Shown in pieces: positions 48,652 through 57,656 of a stretch of DNA of 64,000 nucleotides. A model generated the notes under the pieces. The model ran no database searches, was not told where the DNA came from, and saw only the letters and a program-made list of their open reading frames with translations. This stretch comes from Alphaproteobacteria bacterium. GTDB lineage: Bacteria; Pseudomonadota; Alphaproteobacteria; SP197. Numbering within the stretch: position 1 is the first letter of the stretch; each line of letters begins with the position of its first letter. The stretch lies in NCBI GenBank assembly GCA_964291415.2, contig OZ219917.1, forward strand, positions 864,001 to 928,000. Direction: 5' to 3'. The translations under genes and the position numbers were made by a program.

Positions 48652-49095
48652 CCTCCAGGAATACGCCACCGGCTGGACCAGGACATTGTCAGCCTATCGG
48701 CGATCCTGCTGGACGACGCCTGTTTCGAGGCACTCCAGGGCGCCAGGCACCAGGTTGACGGCGTTACGGTCGTCGACGAGACCCTGCTCATACCGTTCAA
48801 GGCCCGCGCGGTTATCGACCTCATCACTCGGTCCGAGGCGGCCGCGAACGTCGATCGAAGGGATATCAGGAAACACCGCAATGATGTCTTCCGGCTGACG
48901 CAGCTGCTGGCTGAGGATGCCCGGGTCACACTGCCGGAACCCGTCCGCCGGGATCTTCTCGCTTTCGTCAATCTGGTTCACACCGACGAGGATCTGAATC
49001 CCAGGGCGTTTGGCGTTCCGTTCACCCGGAATGAGGCGGTTGATCTACTCGGTGCCGCGTACGGACTCATTGAAACTTCATCTGAATTGACGTGA
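48652..49095 (+). pseudogene. Startless C-terminal fragment of a nucleotidyltransferase-like protein
   Basis: Manual translation: DIVSLSAILLDDACF...LIPFKARAVIDL...VDRRDIRKHRNDVFRL...AAYGL...TGA 49095. In-frame stop just upstream and no start codon. Confidence 0.6.
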
Positions 49096-49378
49096 CGATG
49101 CGTCTCCCAACATTGTGATTCGACGACATTGTTGGGCTGAGGACCGCGGTTTCAACCTGTCAGGATTATGGGAACAGTGCGGTCGGGGCTGACTTCCAGG
49201 AGTTCGAAGGCGCGGCTCTGCAGCCTGGTCCGCCGGCCGGATTCTCGGCACGCCACAGCTCGAGCCTTTCGCGGCCCGCTTCGCATTTCGCGATGCAGGT
49301 CAAGGCGGCGGTCCCCTTGACGCCAGCGGGCTTGACCGGTTCAAGGGTGCCGGGACGGCCTGAACCAGGGAGGAGGCC

Positions 49379-50959
49379 ATGGACATTTCTGACGCCAAGC
49401 GCTCGGCACTCGACTGGGTCGATGCCCATCGTCAACAGCTCTCGGACTGGCACGCGACAATCTGGGACCTGCATGAGCCGGCCTGGCGGGAGTACCGGTC
49501 GGCGGCCTGGTACGTCGATCGCCTGCGCCGCGAGGGATTCGAGGTCGAGGAGGGATCCGGCGGCATGCCGACAGCCTTCTGCGCCACGTGGTCCAACGGT
49601 GACGGGCCGACGATCGGATCCTACGCGGAGTACGATGCGGTTCCCGGAAACAACCAGGACCGCGTTCCCTGGCGCAAGCTGCGCGATGGCGTCCATCACG
49701 CCGCGGCCGGACATACCGACCCCCACTCCGCCCTCGGCATGTCCACCCTGGGCGGCATTCTGGCGGCCAAGGCGGCGATGGAACGGCACGGCATCCAGGG
49801 GCGGCTGAAGTTCATGGGCGAGCCGGCGGAGAAGGTGTGCGGGTCCAAGCCTGTCCATGCGGCGAAAGGCTATTACGACGACATGGACGCCGCGGTCTCG
49901 TTTCATCCTTCCTACGGCACCCTGCGCACCAACACCTGCATTCTCGACACCCACTGCGGCAGCTACTGGAGCCGCATCTACAGCTTCATCTGCGATTCCC
50001 CGGAGACGTGGAGGAGCGTTGGCGCTCCCGGTCCGTCGTCAGCCCACACCGTCGCCAGGGCGCCCGGCGCCAACGATGCGCTGTGCCTGATGTACACGAC
50101 CACCAAGTACACGAAGGAATCGATGCTGCCGCACACTGGCACGTGGACGCTGAACGAGGCGCTGCTGGCGGCCGGCAACGCGACGAGCGACAACCTGGCG
50201 CCGCGGTTCGGCCAGATCCAGTACTCATGGAGGTCGCCGACGCTGGAGATGCAGCAGCGCATCGCCGAGGTGCTCGACCGGAACGCCGAGCATGTCGCCG
50301 CCATGACCCACTGCCGCCTGGAATCCCACTGGGTGACGCGCACGCGGGTCGGGTTGCCCAACCACGCCATGGCCCGCCTTGCCTATGCGAATCTCGAGCT
50401 GGTTGGCGGACCGCAGTGGGATGACGAGGCCAGGTCCTTCTGCCGGGAGCTGCAGGAGAACCTGGGGATCGAGCCCATGGAGGAGCCGATCCTCGCCGAG
50501 ATGACCAATCTCTGCCCTCCGGAAAAGGGCGAGGCGCAGCTGCGCGCCATCCTGCCGCCGTGGCAGCTCAACTACACGTCCGACGATTATGTCGACTGGA
50601 CGTGGCATGCGCCCACGGTGCGCCTCATCGTTGGCCGCTGCACCCTGAAGGCTCCCGCGGGCTATACCTATCCGGACTGGTCATGGAATGCTCTCGGCGG
50701 CCATGCGCCGACCATCGATCCCACCATCATGTGCGCCGCCAAGGTGATCGGCGCGACCGTCGTCGATCTCCTCACCGATCCGCCGCGCCTGCAGGAAGCG
50801 CGCGCGGAATTCGAGGAGAGGACCGGGGGCGGCATCGGCGGATCGTCCTGGGTGGCGCCGCTGCTGCCGCGCGACTTCCAGCCGCCGGTCGGCTTCGCCT
50901 GGCCGGAATATGTCACGACGGCGCGTGGTGAGAGCTGGTACGTGCCGGCGACTGCCTGA
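49379..50959 (+). CDS. M20 amidohydrolase (AbgB-like)
   Basis: HEPAWREYRS, AEYDAVPG, GEPAEK, FHP, SDD. Confidence 0.85.
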   Translation: MDISDAKRSALDWVDAHRQQLSDWHATIWDLHEPAWREYRSAAWYVDRLRREGFEVEEGSGGMPTAFCATWSNGDGPTIGSYAEYDAVPGNNQDRVPWRKLRDGVHHAAAGHTDPHSALGMSTLGGILAAKAAMERHGIQGRLKFMGEPAEKVCGSKPVHAAKGYYDDMDAAVSFHPSYGTLRTNTCILDTHCGSYWSRIYSFICDSPETWRSVGAPGPSSAHTVARAPGANDALCLMYTTTKYTKESMLPHTGTWTLNEALLAAGNATSDNLAPRFGQIQYSWRSPTLEMQQRIAEVLDRNAEHVAAMTHCRLESHWVTRTRVGLPNHAMARLAYANLELVGGPQWDDEARSFCRELQENLGIEPMEEPILAEMTNLCPPEKGEAQLRAILPPWQLNYTSDDYVDWTWHAPTVRLIVGRCTLKAPAGYTYPDWSWNALGGHAPTIDPTIMCAAKVIGATVVDLLTDPPRLQEARAEFEERTGGGIGGSSWVAPLLPRDFQPPVGFAWPEYVTTARGESWYVPATA

Positions 50960-50961
50960 CG

Positions 50962-51846
50962 TCAGCCGTTGCCCCGCCACGCGTCAAGGGCGCGGTTGAA
51001 GCGGCCGAGGTAGTCCGCCGTATAGGCGACATAGTCGACATCGAGGGGCGAGTGGGTCTCCTGCACCATGCTCCACATCGCTTCGCGCAACAGCGATGCG
51101 CAGGCCAGCGCCCCGAGGCGCCGCCTCAATTCATCGGTGATCGCCTGGTCCAGGACCCGTTCGGCGACCTTCTCGCGGCTTTCGGCGTCGAGGTGACTGT
51201 TGGAGGCAAGGTTGGCAATGTCGAAGAGGGCCGTGTTGTAGCCGGCGTATTCCCAGTCGACGAGCCACAGCCTCTCACCGTCATCGAGGAAGTTCGCGGC
51301 CAGCAGGTCGTTGTGGCAGAGCACCGGACTGATGGGGCCGACGGCCGCTTCCAGGTCCTGCGCCGCCCCGAGGAGGTGCGGCACCTCCGCCAGCAGGCGA
51401 TGATCGTCGTCGTGAAGACGGTGCCCGTAGTCGCGGATGACGTGGAAAACCCAAAAGAACGGAGCCCGGCCGCGCAGATGACGCGCCCCGTCGCGGTGGA
51501 GGCGGGCCAGCAGTTCCGCAATGCGTTCGAGATTCTTGGGATCGCGCACATCGGCATCGTCGAAGGTGTGGCCATCGATCCAGCGCACCACCAGGACGCC
51601 CTTGGCGGTGTAATGGACTTCCGGCGCGATGCCTGCCGCGTACGCCGCACGGCTGCAGGCAGTCTCATAGGTCCGGCGGATGCCGTGGACAGGAATGTTG
51701 CCGCCCACCCGCACCAGAAAGCTCCGGTCGCCGTCATCGACGCGGAAGTTGAGATTGGTGATGCCCCCGCTGATCGGGCGGGGTGTCACCGGCCCTTTCC
51801 AGCAGGGCAGCCCGGCGGCCCTGGCAACTGCCTCGTCAGGCGTCAT
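50962..51846 (-). CDS. Choline/ethanolamine kinase family phosphotransferase
   Basis: GGITNLNF, CHNDLLAANF (Brenner motif), VDWEYAG. Confidence 0.88.
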   Translation of the reverse strand: MTPDEAVARAAGLPCWKGPVTPRPISGGITNLNFRVDDGDRSFLVRVGGNIPVHGIRRTYETACSRAAYAAGIAPEVHYTAKGVLVVRWIDGHTFDDADVRDPKNLERIAELLARLHRDGARHLRGRAPFFWVFHVIRDYGHRLHDDDHRLLAEVPHLLGAAQDLEAAVGPISPVLCHNDLLAANFLDDGERLWLVDWEYAGYNTALFDIANLASNSHLDAESREKVAERVLDQAITDELRRRLGALACASLLREAMWSMVQETHSPLDVDYVAYTADYLGRFNRALDAWRGNG

Positions 51847-52300
51847 GGTGATCGTCTCCCGCTGGCGCTGAGTTCGCTGCCACGGCGTAACGGGGCGTGT
51901 CCGTGGCGGTGGTCGGTTGGCCGATATCGGCGAGGCGGCCTTCGATGGCGTCGGTCTCGAGGCGGATGAGGCCGCCGCTGCGGAAGACGAGGGATATGCA
52001 ACCGGCCGCCTCCCGGTGGCCTTCGCTGACGATGGTCATCAGTTCCGCGTCACCGTCGCCTCCCAGGCCGTCGAGATCCCAGGTGTCGACCCTGGCGACG
52101 CGGTCGAGAACGAGAGCGCAGTCGACCTGCATGCCATCGCCACCGGGAAGTTCATAGCAGAAACGCCGGAACAAGGCGGCAAACCGATGGTCTTCCTCGA
52201 CCCATGTGACCTCGGCGAGGGGCATGCGCGCGCTTTGCAGCACGGTGGCGAAGACCTCCAGATCGTCATCGTCGACAGCCTTGAGTCGAAGCGGCTTCAT
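51836..52300 (-). CDS. DUF2948 family protein
   Basis: PLRLKAVDDDDLEV...LQ, RFCYE, LVFRSGG.IRL; follows murA. Confidence 0.8.
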   Translation of the reverse strand: MKPLRLKAVDDDDLEVFATVLQSARMPLAEVTWVEEDHRFAALFRRFCYELPGGDGMQVDCALVLDRVARVDTWDLDGLGGDGDAELMTIVSEGHREAAGCISLVFRSGGLIRLETDAIEGRLADIGQPTTATDTPRYAVAANSAPAGDDHHDA

Positions 52301-52301
52301 G

Positions 52302-53564
52302 TCAGCCCGGAATCCTCTCGATCGTAGCCCCGCACCCCTGGAGTTTTTCCACAAGCCGTTCGTAGCCGCGGTCGAGGTGATAGACGCGGTTGACCATGGT
52401 TTCGCCGTCGGCGACCAGCCCGGCAAGGACCAGGCAAACGGAGGCGCGAAGATCCGTGGCCATGACCGGAGCGCCCTTCAGCCCGTCGACTCCCTGGACG
52501 ATGGCTGTGCCGCCGCGCACTTCGATATCCGCACCCATGCGCATCAGCTCGGGCACATGCATGAACCGGTTTTCGAAAATGTTCTCGTGAATCCGCGAAA
52601 TCCCGCAAGCTGTGGTCATGAGCGCCATGAACTGGGCCTGAAGGTCGGTGGCGAAGCCGGGGAAGGGGCGGGTGGTGACATCGACTCCCTTGAGGATGCC
52701 GTCGGCGCGCCGGACGTCGATACCGCCGTTCCGGCTTTCGATGGCCACGCCTGCCTGACGCAATGCGGAGGCGACATCGCCGAAGTGGTCCTCCGTGGCT
52801 CCGGCAAGTCGCAGGCGCCCGCCGGTGGCTGCCGCCGCCATGGCATAGGTGCCGGCCTCGATGCGGTCCGGGAGCATGCGGTGGGTGGCGCCTCCCAGGC
52901 GGGCGACGCCGTTGATGCGGATGTTGCAGGTTCCGGCACCGGTGATGTCGGCGCCCATCGCGTTGAGGCAATCGGCAAGGTCGAGGATTTCCGGTTCCAT
53001 GGCGGCATTGCGGATGAGGGTGGTGCCGCGGGCCAGAGTCGCCGTCATCATGACGTGCTCGGTAGCGCCCACCGAGACCTGCGGAAAGGTAAACTCAGCG
53101 CCATCAAGGCCACGTGGCGCCGCGCCCACGAGATAGCCGTCCTTCAGTTCGATAGTGGCGCCAAGCGCCTCGAGCCCGGCGATGTGGAGATCCACCGGCC
53201 GCGTGCCGATGGCGCAACCGCCAGGCAGCGAGACCTCGGCGTGGCCGCAGCGGGCAAGGAGCGGACCGAATACGAGGATCGAGGCTCTCATCTTGCGGAC
53301 CAGGTCATAGGGAGCCTTCATCGAGGTCAGCGATGCGGCGTCCAGTGTCATGCATCCGTCACCGTTCTTGCCTACGCGAACGCCCAGTTCGGCGAGCAGG
53401 TGAGCGAGGACGCTGACATCCACCACGTCCGGCTGGTTCGAGAGAATCAGGGGTCCGTCGCTCAACAGCGAGGCGACCATGAGCTTGAGCGCGGTGTTCT
53501 TGGCGCCCGCAATGGCAATCGTGCCCTCGAGCGGCCTGCCGCCCTCAAGACGAATCCTGTCCAC
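52302..53564 (-). CDS. murA: UDP-N-acetylglucosamine 1-carboxyvinyltransferase
   Basis: [41 protein letters not shown]. Confidence 0.98.
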   Translation of the reverse strand: MDRIRLEGGRPLEGTIAIAGAKNTALKLMVASLLSDGPLILSNQPDVVDVSVLAHLLAELGVRVGKNGDGCMTLDAASLTSMKAPYDLVRKMRASILVFGPLLARCGHAEVSLPGGCAIGTRPVDLHIAGLEALGATIELKDGYLVGAAPRGLDGAEFTFPQVSVGATEHVMMTATLARGTTLIRNAAMEPEILDLADCLNAMGADITGAGTCNIRINGVARLGGATHRMLPDRIEAGTYAMAAAATGGRLRLAGATEDHFGDVASALRQAGVAIESRNGGIDVRRADGILKGVDVTTRPFPGFATDLQAQFMALMTTACGISRIHENIFENRFMHVPELMRMGADIEVRGGTAIVQGVDGLKGAPVMATDLRASVCLVLAGLVADGETMVNRVYHLDRGYERLVEKLQGCGATIERIPG

Positions 53565-53595
53565 GTCCCTGCTCCCGGAATCCCTGGCGCGGTCT

Positions 53596-53811
53596 TCATA
53601 GACCTTCTGGGTCTCGACAAGTCAACCGTGGCCCTGTGGTTGAATCGTGGCCTTGCGGCGTGGTGCGGCCCCGGGTGTTTTCGTCGCCGGTGTCCCGCAG
53701 GGCCGGCCGGGAGCGCGCCCTGGACTGTTCCTTGCGCCGTTTCAGGTTGGCGCGCAGGGCCTCGGCGAGGCGTCTTGCCTTCTCGTCTGACGTTCCGGCT
53801 TTTCGGCCCAC
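53596..53811 (-). CDS. Small conserved hypothetical protein upstream of murA
   Basis: [18 protein letters not shown] motif, typical of alphaproteobacterial small proteins at this position. Confidence 0.55.
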   Translation of the reverse strand: MGRKAGTSDEKARRLAEALRANLKRRKEQSRARSRPALRDTGDENTRGRTTPQGHDSTTGPRLTCRDPEGL

Positions 53812-53878
53812 GATTGCGCTCCCGAACTTGTTTCCGCCAGTCCGCTGTGGCAGGTTCCGGCCGCCTGTCAGGCGCCGC

Positions 53879-53953
53879 GCCGCCGTAGCTCAGTGGTAGA
53901 GCGCACCCTTGGTAAGGGTGAGGTCCTCAGTTCAATCCTGAGCGGCGGCACCA
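53879..53953 (+). tRNA. tRNA-Thr (GGT)
   Basis: GCCGCCGTAGCTCAGTGGTAGAGCGCACCCTTGGTAAGGGTGAGGTCCTCAGTTCAATCCTGAGCGGCGGCACCA. Confidence 0.98.
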
Positions 53954-54062
53954 CACTCGTGACGATATCCGATCCCGGTCCCCGGCACCAAGGCCGCGTC
54001 GGATTGAACGCGGCGTCGTGACGTGCGTTATGGTGAGGCGTTCCCCCAGGGAGGTGGCCGCC

Positions 54063-54748
54063 ATGATGCTGACCCCGACAGAGCTCGAACGCATGACCAT
54101 CTTCGTCGTGGCCGAAATGGCAAGGCGGCGCAAGGCGCGGGGCCTCAGGCTCAACCACCCCGAAGCCCATGCCTACATCGCCGACACCCTGCTCGAAGGG
54201 GCGCGGGAGGGGCGCAGCCTCGCCGACCTTGCAGGCTGGGGCGCCACGCTGCTCTCCAGCGGCGACGTGATGCCGGGCGTGGGGGCGCTCATGCCGATCG
54301 TCCAGGTCGAGGGACTCTTTCCGGATGGAGCCAAACTGATCACGGTACACCAGCCCATTCGTCCGCACGCCGACGGCGCGCAACCGGGAGAGGTGATGAC
54401 CCCCGACTCGGACATCACGCTCAACGCCGGGCCGTCGGCGGGTCGAGCTCGCGGTGCTCAACACGGGCGACCGGCCGGTCCAGGTGGGGAGCCACCATCA
54501 CTTCTTCGAGGCCAATGCCGAACTCGATTTCGATCGCGAGGCGGCATTCGGCATGCGCCTCGACATCGCGGCCGGAACGGCCGTTCGCTTCGAACCCGGC
54601 GAGAGCCGAACCGTCTCGCTGGTGGCCTATGGCGGCGACGGCATGGTCGAGGGGTTCAACCGCCTTGTCGAAGGATCCCTGGATGATGCGGACATCCGCG
54701 AGAGGGCCCTGGAGCGGGCCCGTGACACGCGGCTTCAGGGGGGCGTGA
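54063..54748 (+). CDS. ureAB: Urease gamma-beta fusion subunit with two apparent +1 frameshifts
   Basis: [28 protein letters not shown], then after a shift at GGG 54429-31 [19 protein letters not shown] and TAVRFEPG. A second shift at 54727-43 puts TGA at 54748, 1 nt before ureC. Repaired length 227 aa. Confidence 0.8.
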
Positions 54749-54749
54749 C

Positions 54750-56459
54750 ATGGCGAGCATGTCGAGGGCGCGCTACGCCGGAACCTACGGGCCGACCACG
54801 GGCGACCGCGTCAGGCTTGGCGACACGAGTCTCCTGGCCGTGGTCACCAGGGATCACCTCGTGGCCGGTGACGAACTGACCACGGGGGCGGGCAAGAGCT
54901 ACCGCGACGGCATGGGAATGGACTGCGGCGCCCGTCACGACAGGGGAGCCCTCGATCTCGTCATTCACAACGCGCTGGTCATCGATCCCGTGATCGGAAT
55001 CGTGAAGGCCGACATCGGCGTGCGCGACGGCCGCATCGCCGGGATCGGCAAGGCGGGCAATCCGCGAATCATGGATGGCGTCCATCCCGGACTGGTCTGC
55101 GGACCCTCGACGGTCGTCGCCCATGGAGAACGTCTCATCGCCACGCCGGGCGGCATCGATGTCCATGTCCACTTCAAGTCACCCGACCTGGTGCGCCATG
55201 CCCTTGCAACCGGCCTCACCACCCTCGTGGGCGGTGGCCACGGTCCGCTCTTCAGCATCGATTCCGGCGGCGCCTGGACCACCGGGCGCATGCTGCAGGC
55301 CACCGACGCCCTGCCGATGAACTTCGGTTTTCTCGGGCGCGGCAGCACGAGCCGGGCCACGGGGATACGTGAACATGTCGCCTCAGGCATCATCGGCATC
55401 AAGGTGCACGAGGACTACGGAGCGAGCCCGGCTGCGATCGACACGGCGCTTGGCGTCGCCGACGACGTCGACTTCCAGGTGCAGCTCCACACGGACACGC
55501 TGAACGAGTCGGGCTTCTACGAATCCACCATGGCGGCCATCGCCGGGCGCACCATCCACATGTATCACACGGAAGGTGCGGGCGGCGGTCATGCTCCCGA
55601 CATCATCCGCTGCAACGGTGAAGCCCATTGCCTGCCGTCTTCGACCAATCCGACCAATCCCTTCACCGTCAACACCTTCGACGAGCACCTCGACATGGTG
55701 ATGGCGGTGCATCACCTGTCTGCGGATTCACCCGAGGATGTGGCCTTCGCCGAGAGCCGGATCCGCCGCACCACCACGGCGGCCGAAGACATCCTTCATG
55801 ATCTCGGGGCGATTTCCATGTTCGGCTCCGACAGCATGGGCATGGGACGGGTGAACGAGGTCGTGGCGCGCTGCTGGCAGCTGGCCAGCAAGATGCGGGA
55901 TCAGCGCGGTCCTCTCGAAGGCGAGCCGGTGGAGGGCGCCGACAACGCGCGCATCCTGAGATACCTCGCCAAGTACACGATCAACGCGGCCCGGGTCTTC
56001 GGCATCGATCACGAGGTGGGCAGTCTGGAGACCGGGAAAATGGCCGATATCGTGCTGTGGAAGCCGGCGTTCTTCGGACTCAAGCCGCAGACCGTGATCA
56101 AGGGCGGTTTCACCACCTTTGCGGCAATCGGCGACGCCGCTGCGAGCATCGGCCACGCCGATCCGGTTCTCGAGAGACCGGCCTGGGGCATGTGCGGTCG
56201 CGCGCCAGCGTCCATCGCGACAACGTTCGTCCACCCCTCGGCGATCGGGCAGGATCTGGCTGGCAGGCTGGACCTGGCGAAACCCCTCACGGCGATCGGA
56301 CCGACCCGCCGGCTCACCAAGGCCGACATGCTCCACAACGATGCCCTGCCGGAGATTCGCGTCGATTCGCAGACCTTCGAGGTGATGGTCGATGGCGAGG
56401 CGGCCTGGTGCGAACCCGTCGATCACGTGGCCCTGGGACAACTCTACCTTCTCGGATAG
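54750..56459 (+). CDS. ureC: Divergent urease alpha-subunit-like metalloamidohydrolase
   Basis: [46 protein letters not shown]. Confidence 0.88.
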   Translation: MASMSRARYAGTYGPTTGDRVRLGDTSLLAVVTRDHLVAGDELTTGAGKSYRDGMGMDCGARHDRGALDLVIHNALVIDPVIGIVKADIGVRDGRIAGIGKAGNPRIMDGVHPGLVCGPSTVVAHGERLIATPGGIDVHVHFKSPDLVRHALATGLTTLVGGGHGPLFSIDSGGAWTTGRMLQATDALPMNFGFLGRGSTSRATGIREHVASGIIGIKVHEDYGASPAAIDTALGVADDVDFQVQLHTDTLNESGFYESTMAAIAGRTIHMYHTEGAGGGHAPDIIRCNGEAHCLPSSTNPTNPFTVNTFDEHLDMVMAVHHLSADSPEDVAFAESRIRRTTTAAEDILHDLGAISMFGSDSMGMGRVNEVVARCWQLASKMRDQRGPLEGEPVEGADNARILRYLAKYTINAARVFGIDHEVGSLETGKMADIVLWKPAFFGLKPQTVIKGGFTTFAAIGDAAASIGHADPVLERPAWGMCGRAPASIATTFVHPSAIGQDLAGRLDLAKPLTAIGPTRRLTKADMLHNDALPEIRVDSQTFEVMVDGEAAWCEPVDHVALGQLYLLG

Positions 56460-56462
56460 GCC

Positions 56463-57395
56463 CTACCTGTCGTCAAGGAACTGCAGGTACTGTTCCTCGA
56501 AATCGAAGGCGAGAAGTTTCTTGTAGGCGTCCATGATGCGCCGCGTCACCGGGCCGGGAATGGTGCCGCAGATCGTTTCGCGGCGGTCGACCGAGCGGAC
56601 GGGACAGACGCACAGGCTGGTCGACGACAGGAAGATCTCGTCAGCCGTGTAGGCATCGAAGAGATCGAGGCTGGTCTCGTGCACCACGATTCCGAGATCG
56701 GCTGCAAGGTCCATGACGGTCGACCGGCTGACGCCCTCGAGCACCATGTCGCCCCGCGGCGTGAAGAGTTCGCCCCGGCGCACGATCCACAGGTTCTGTC
56801 CCGCGCCCTCGTTGAGATTCCCGTTGATGTCCAGCAACCCGGCCCAGGCGTCGGGATTCGCCGCCTTCACCTGGCGGTCCGCGAGGAAGACGTTGATGTA
56901 GTTCGTGAGCTTGGCGCGGGGACTCTGGGATTCGGGAGGTGTCCGGCGGATGGACGAGATGCCGATGTCGATGCCGTCGCGGAACAGCCGCGCCCGCGGC
57001 CGGAAGGGGATCGGCTGGACATGGACGATGACCGTGGGGCCGGTACGCAGGTTGGGTTCGTCACCGACCCAGTCGGCGCCACGCGAGACGTTCTGGAACA
57101 CCCAGTAGTCCTCTCCCTCGGGCAGGAGCGGAAGGTTGCGGGAGACCACCTCTTCGGTGATGGCAGCCATGTCGTCAGGCGATTCGTCGACGTCGATTCC
57201 GAGGTAGCGCAGGGACCGGTAGAGACGGTCGATGTGCTCCGCGAGGCGAAACAGCCTGCCGTTGACCGTGCGTTCCGTGTCGAAGGCGCCGTCTCCCCAG
57301 CGGAATCCGCGGTCGCGGAACGGAACGACGACATGGCTTTCCGGAACGTAGTGGCCATTGAAGTAGGCGATTCGCTCGTTGGGACGTTCTGTCAT
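56463..57395 (-). CDS. Class IV PLP aminotransferase
   Basis: DRGFRWGDGAFD, HIDRL, AKLTNY, EGAGQN, LEGVSR, DEIFLSST. Start at ATG 57395. Confidence 0.88.
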   Translation of the reverse strand: MTERPNERIAYFNGHYVPESHVVVPFRDRGFRWGDGAFDTERTVNGRLFRLAEHIDRLYRSLRYLGIDVDESPDDMAAITEEVVSRNLPLLPEGEDYWVFQNVSRGADWVGDEPNLRTGPTVIVHVQPIPFRPRARLFRDGIDIGISSIRRTPPESQSPRAKLTNYINVFLADRQVKAANPDAWAGLLDINGNLNEGAGQNLWIVRRGELFTPRGDMVLEGVSRSTVMDLAADLGIVVHETSLDLFDAYTADEIFLSSTSLCVCPVRSVDRRETICGTIPGPVTRRIMDAYKKLLAFDFEEQYLQFLDDR

Positions 57396-57535
57396 CGGAA
57401 TCTCCGGCGGGGCATCACCGATTCCCGAGAGTGTGCGAGATCGCCGGCGGGGGCAACCTTCGAGTGCGAGCGTTCGCTCGGCATTGCACCACATGATACC
57501 GTTCCTTGGGAAGACACCCCAAAATTGGGTATGCC

Positions 57536-57581
57536 GGTCAATATATGGTAGATTCAAAAAAACATGTTGAACATATGGTAG
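57536..57581. promoter_or_regulatory. Tandem NrdR-box-like sites upstream of nrdJ
   Basis: ggtCAATATATGGtag (57536-51) and gttGAACATATGGtag (57566-81), 30 bp apart. A possible third site is at 57516-31. Confidence 0.7.
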
Positions 57582-57656
57582 ATCCGTTGTCACAATGATC
57601 GTTCGTCAGCAGCCGCCAAGAGCTGTGATGAGGCAAGTCACGAGGGAGTTGGACGG

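Noticed and set aside
49331-49345. CTTGA-CCGGT-TCAAG palindrome upstream of the M20 hydrolase as an FNR box
   Set aside because: One base too short for TTGA-N6-TCAA; it could be another operator, but a 5-bp arm is too weak to call.
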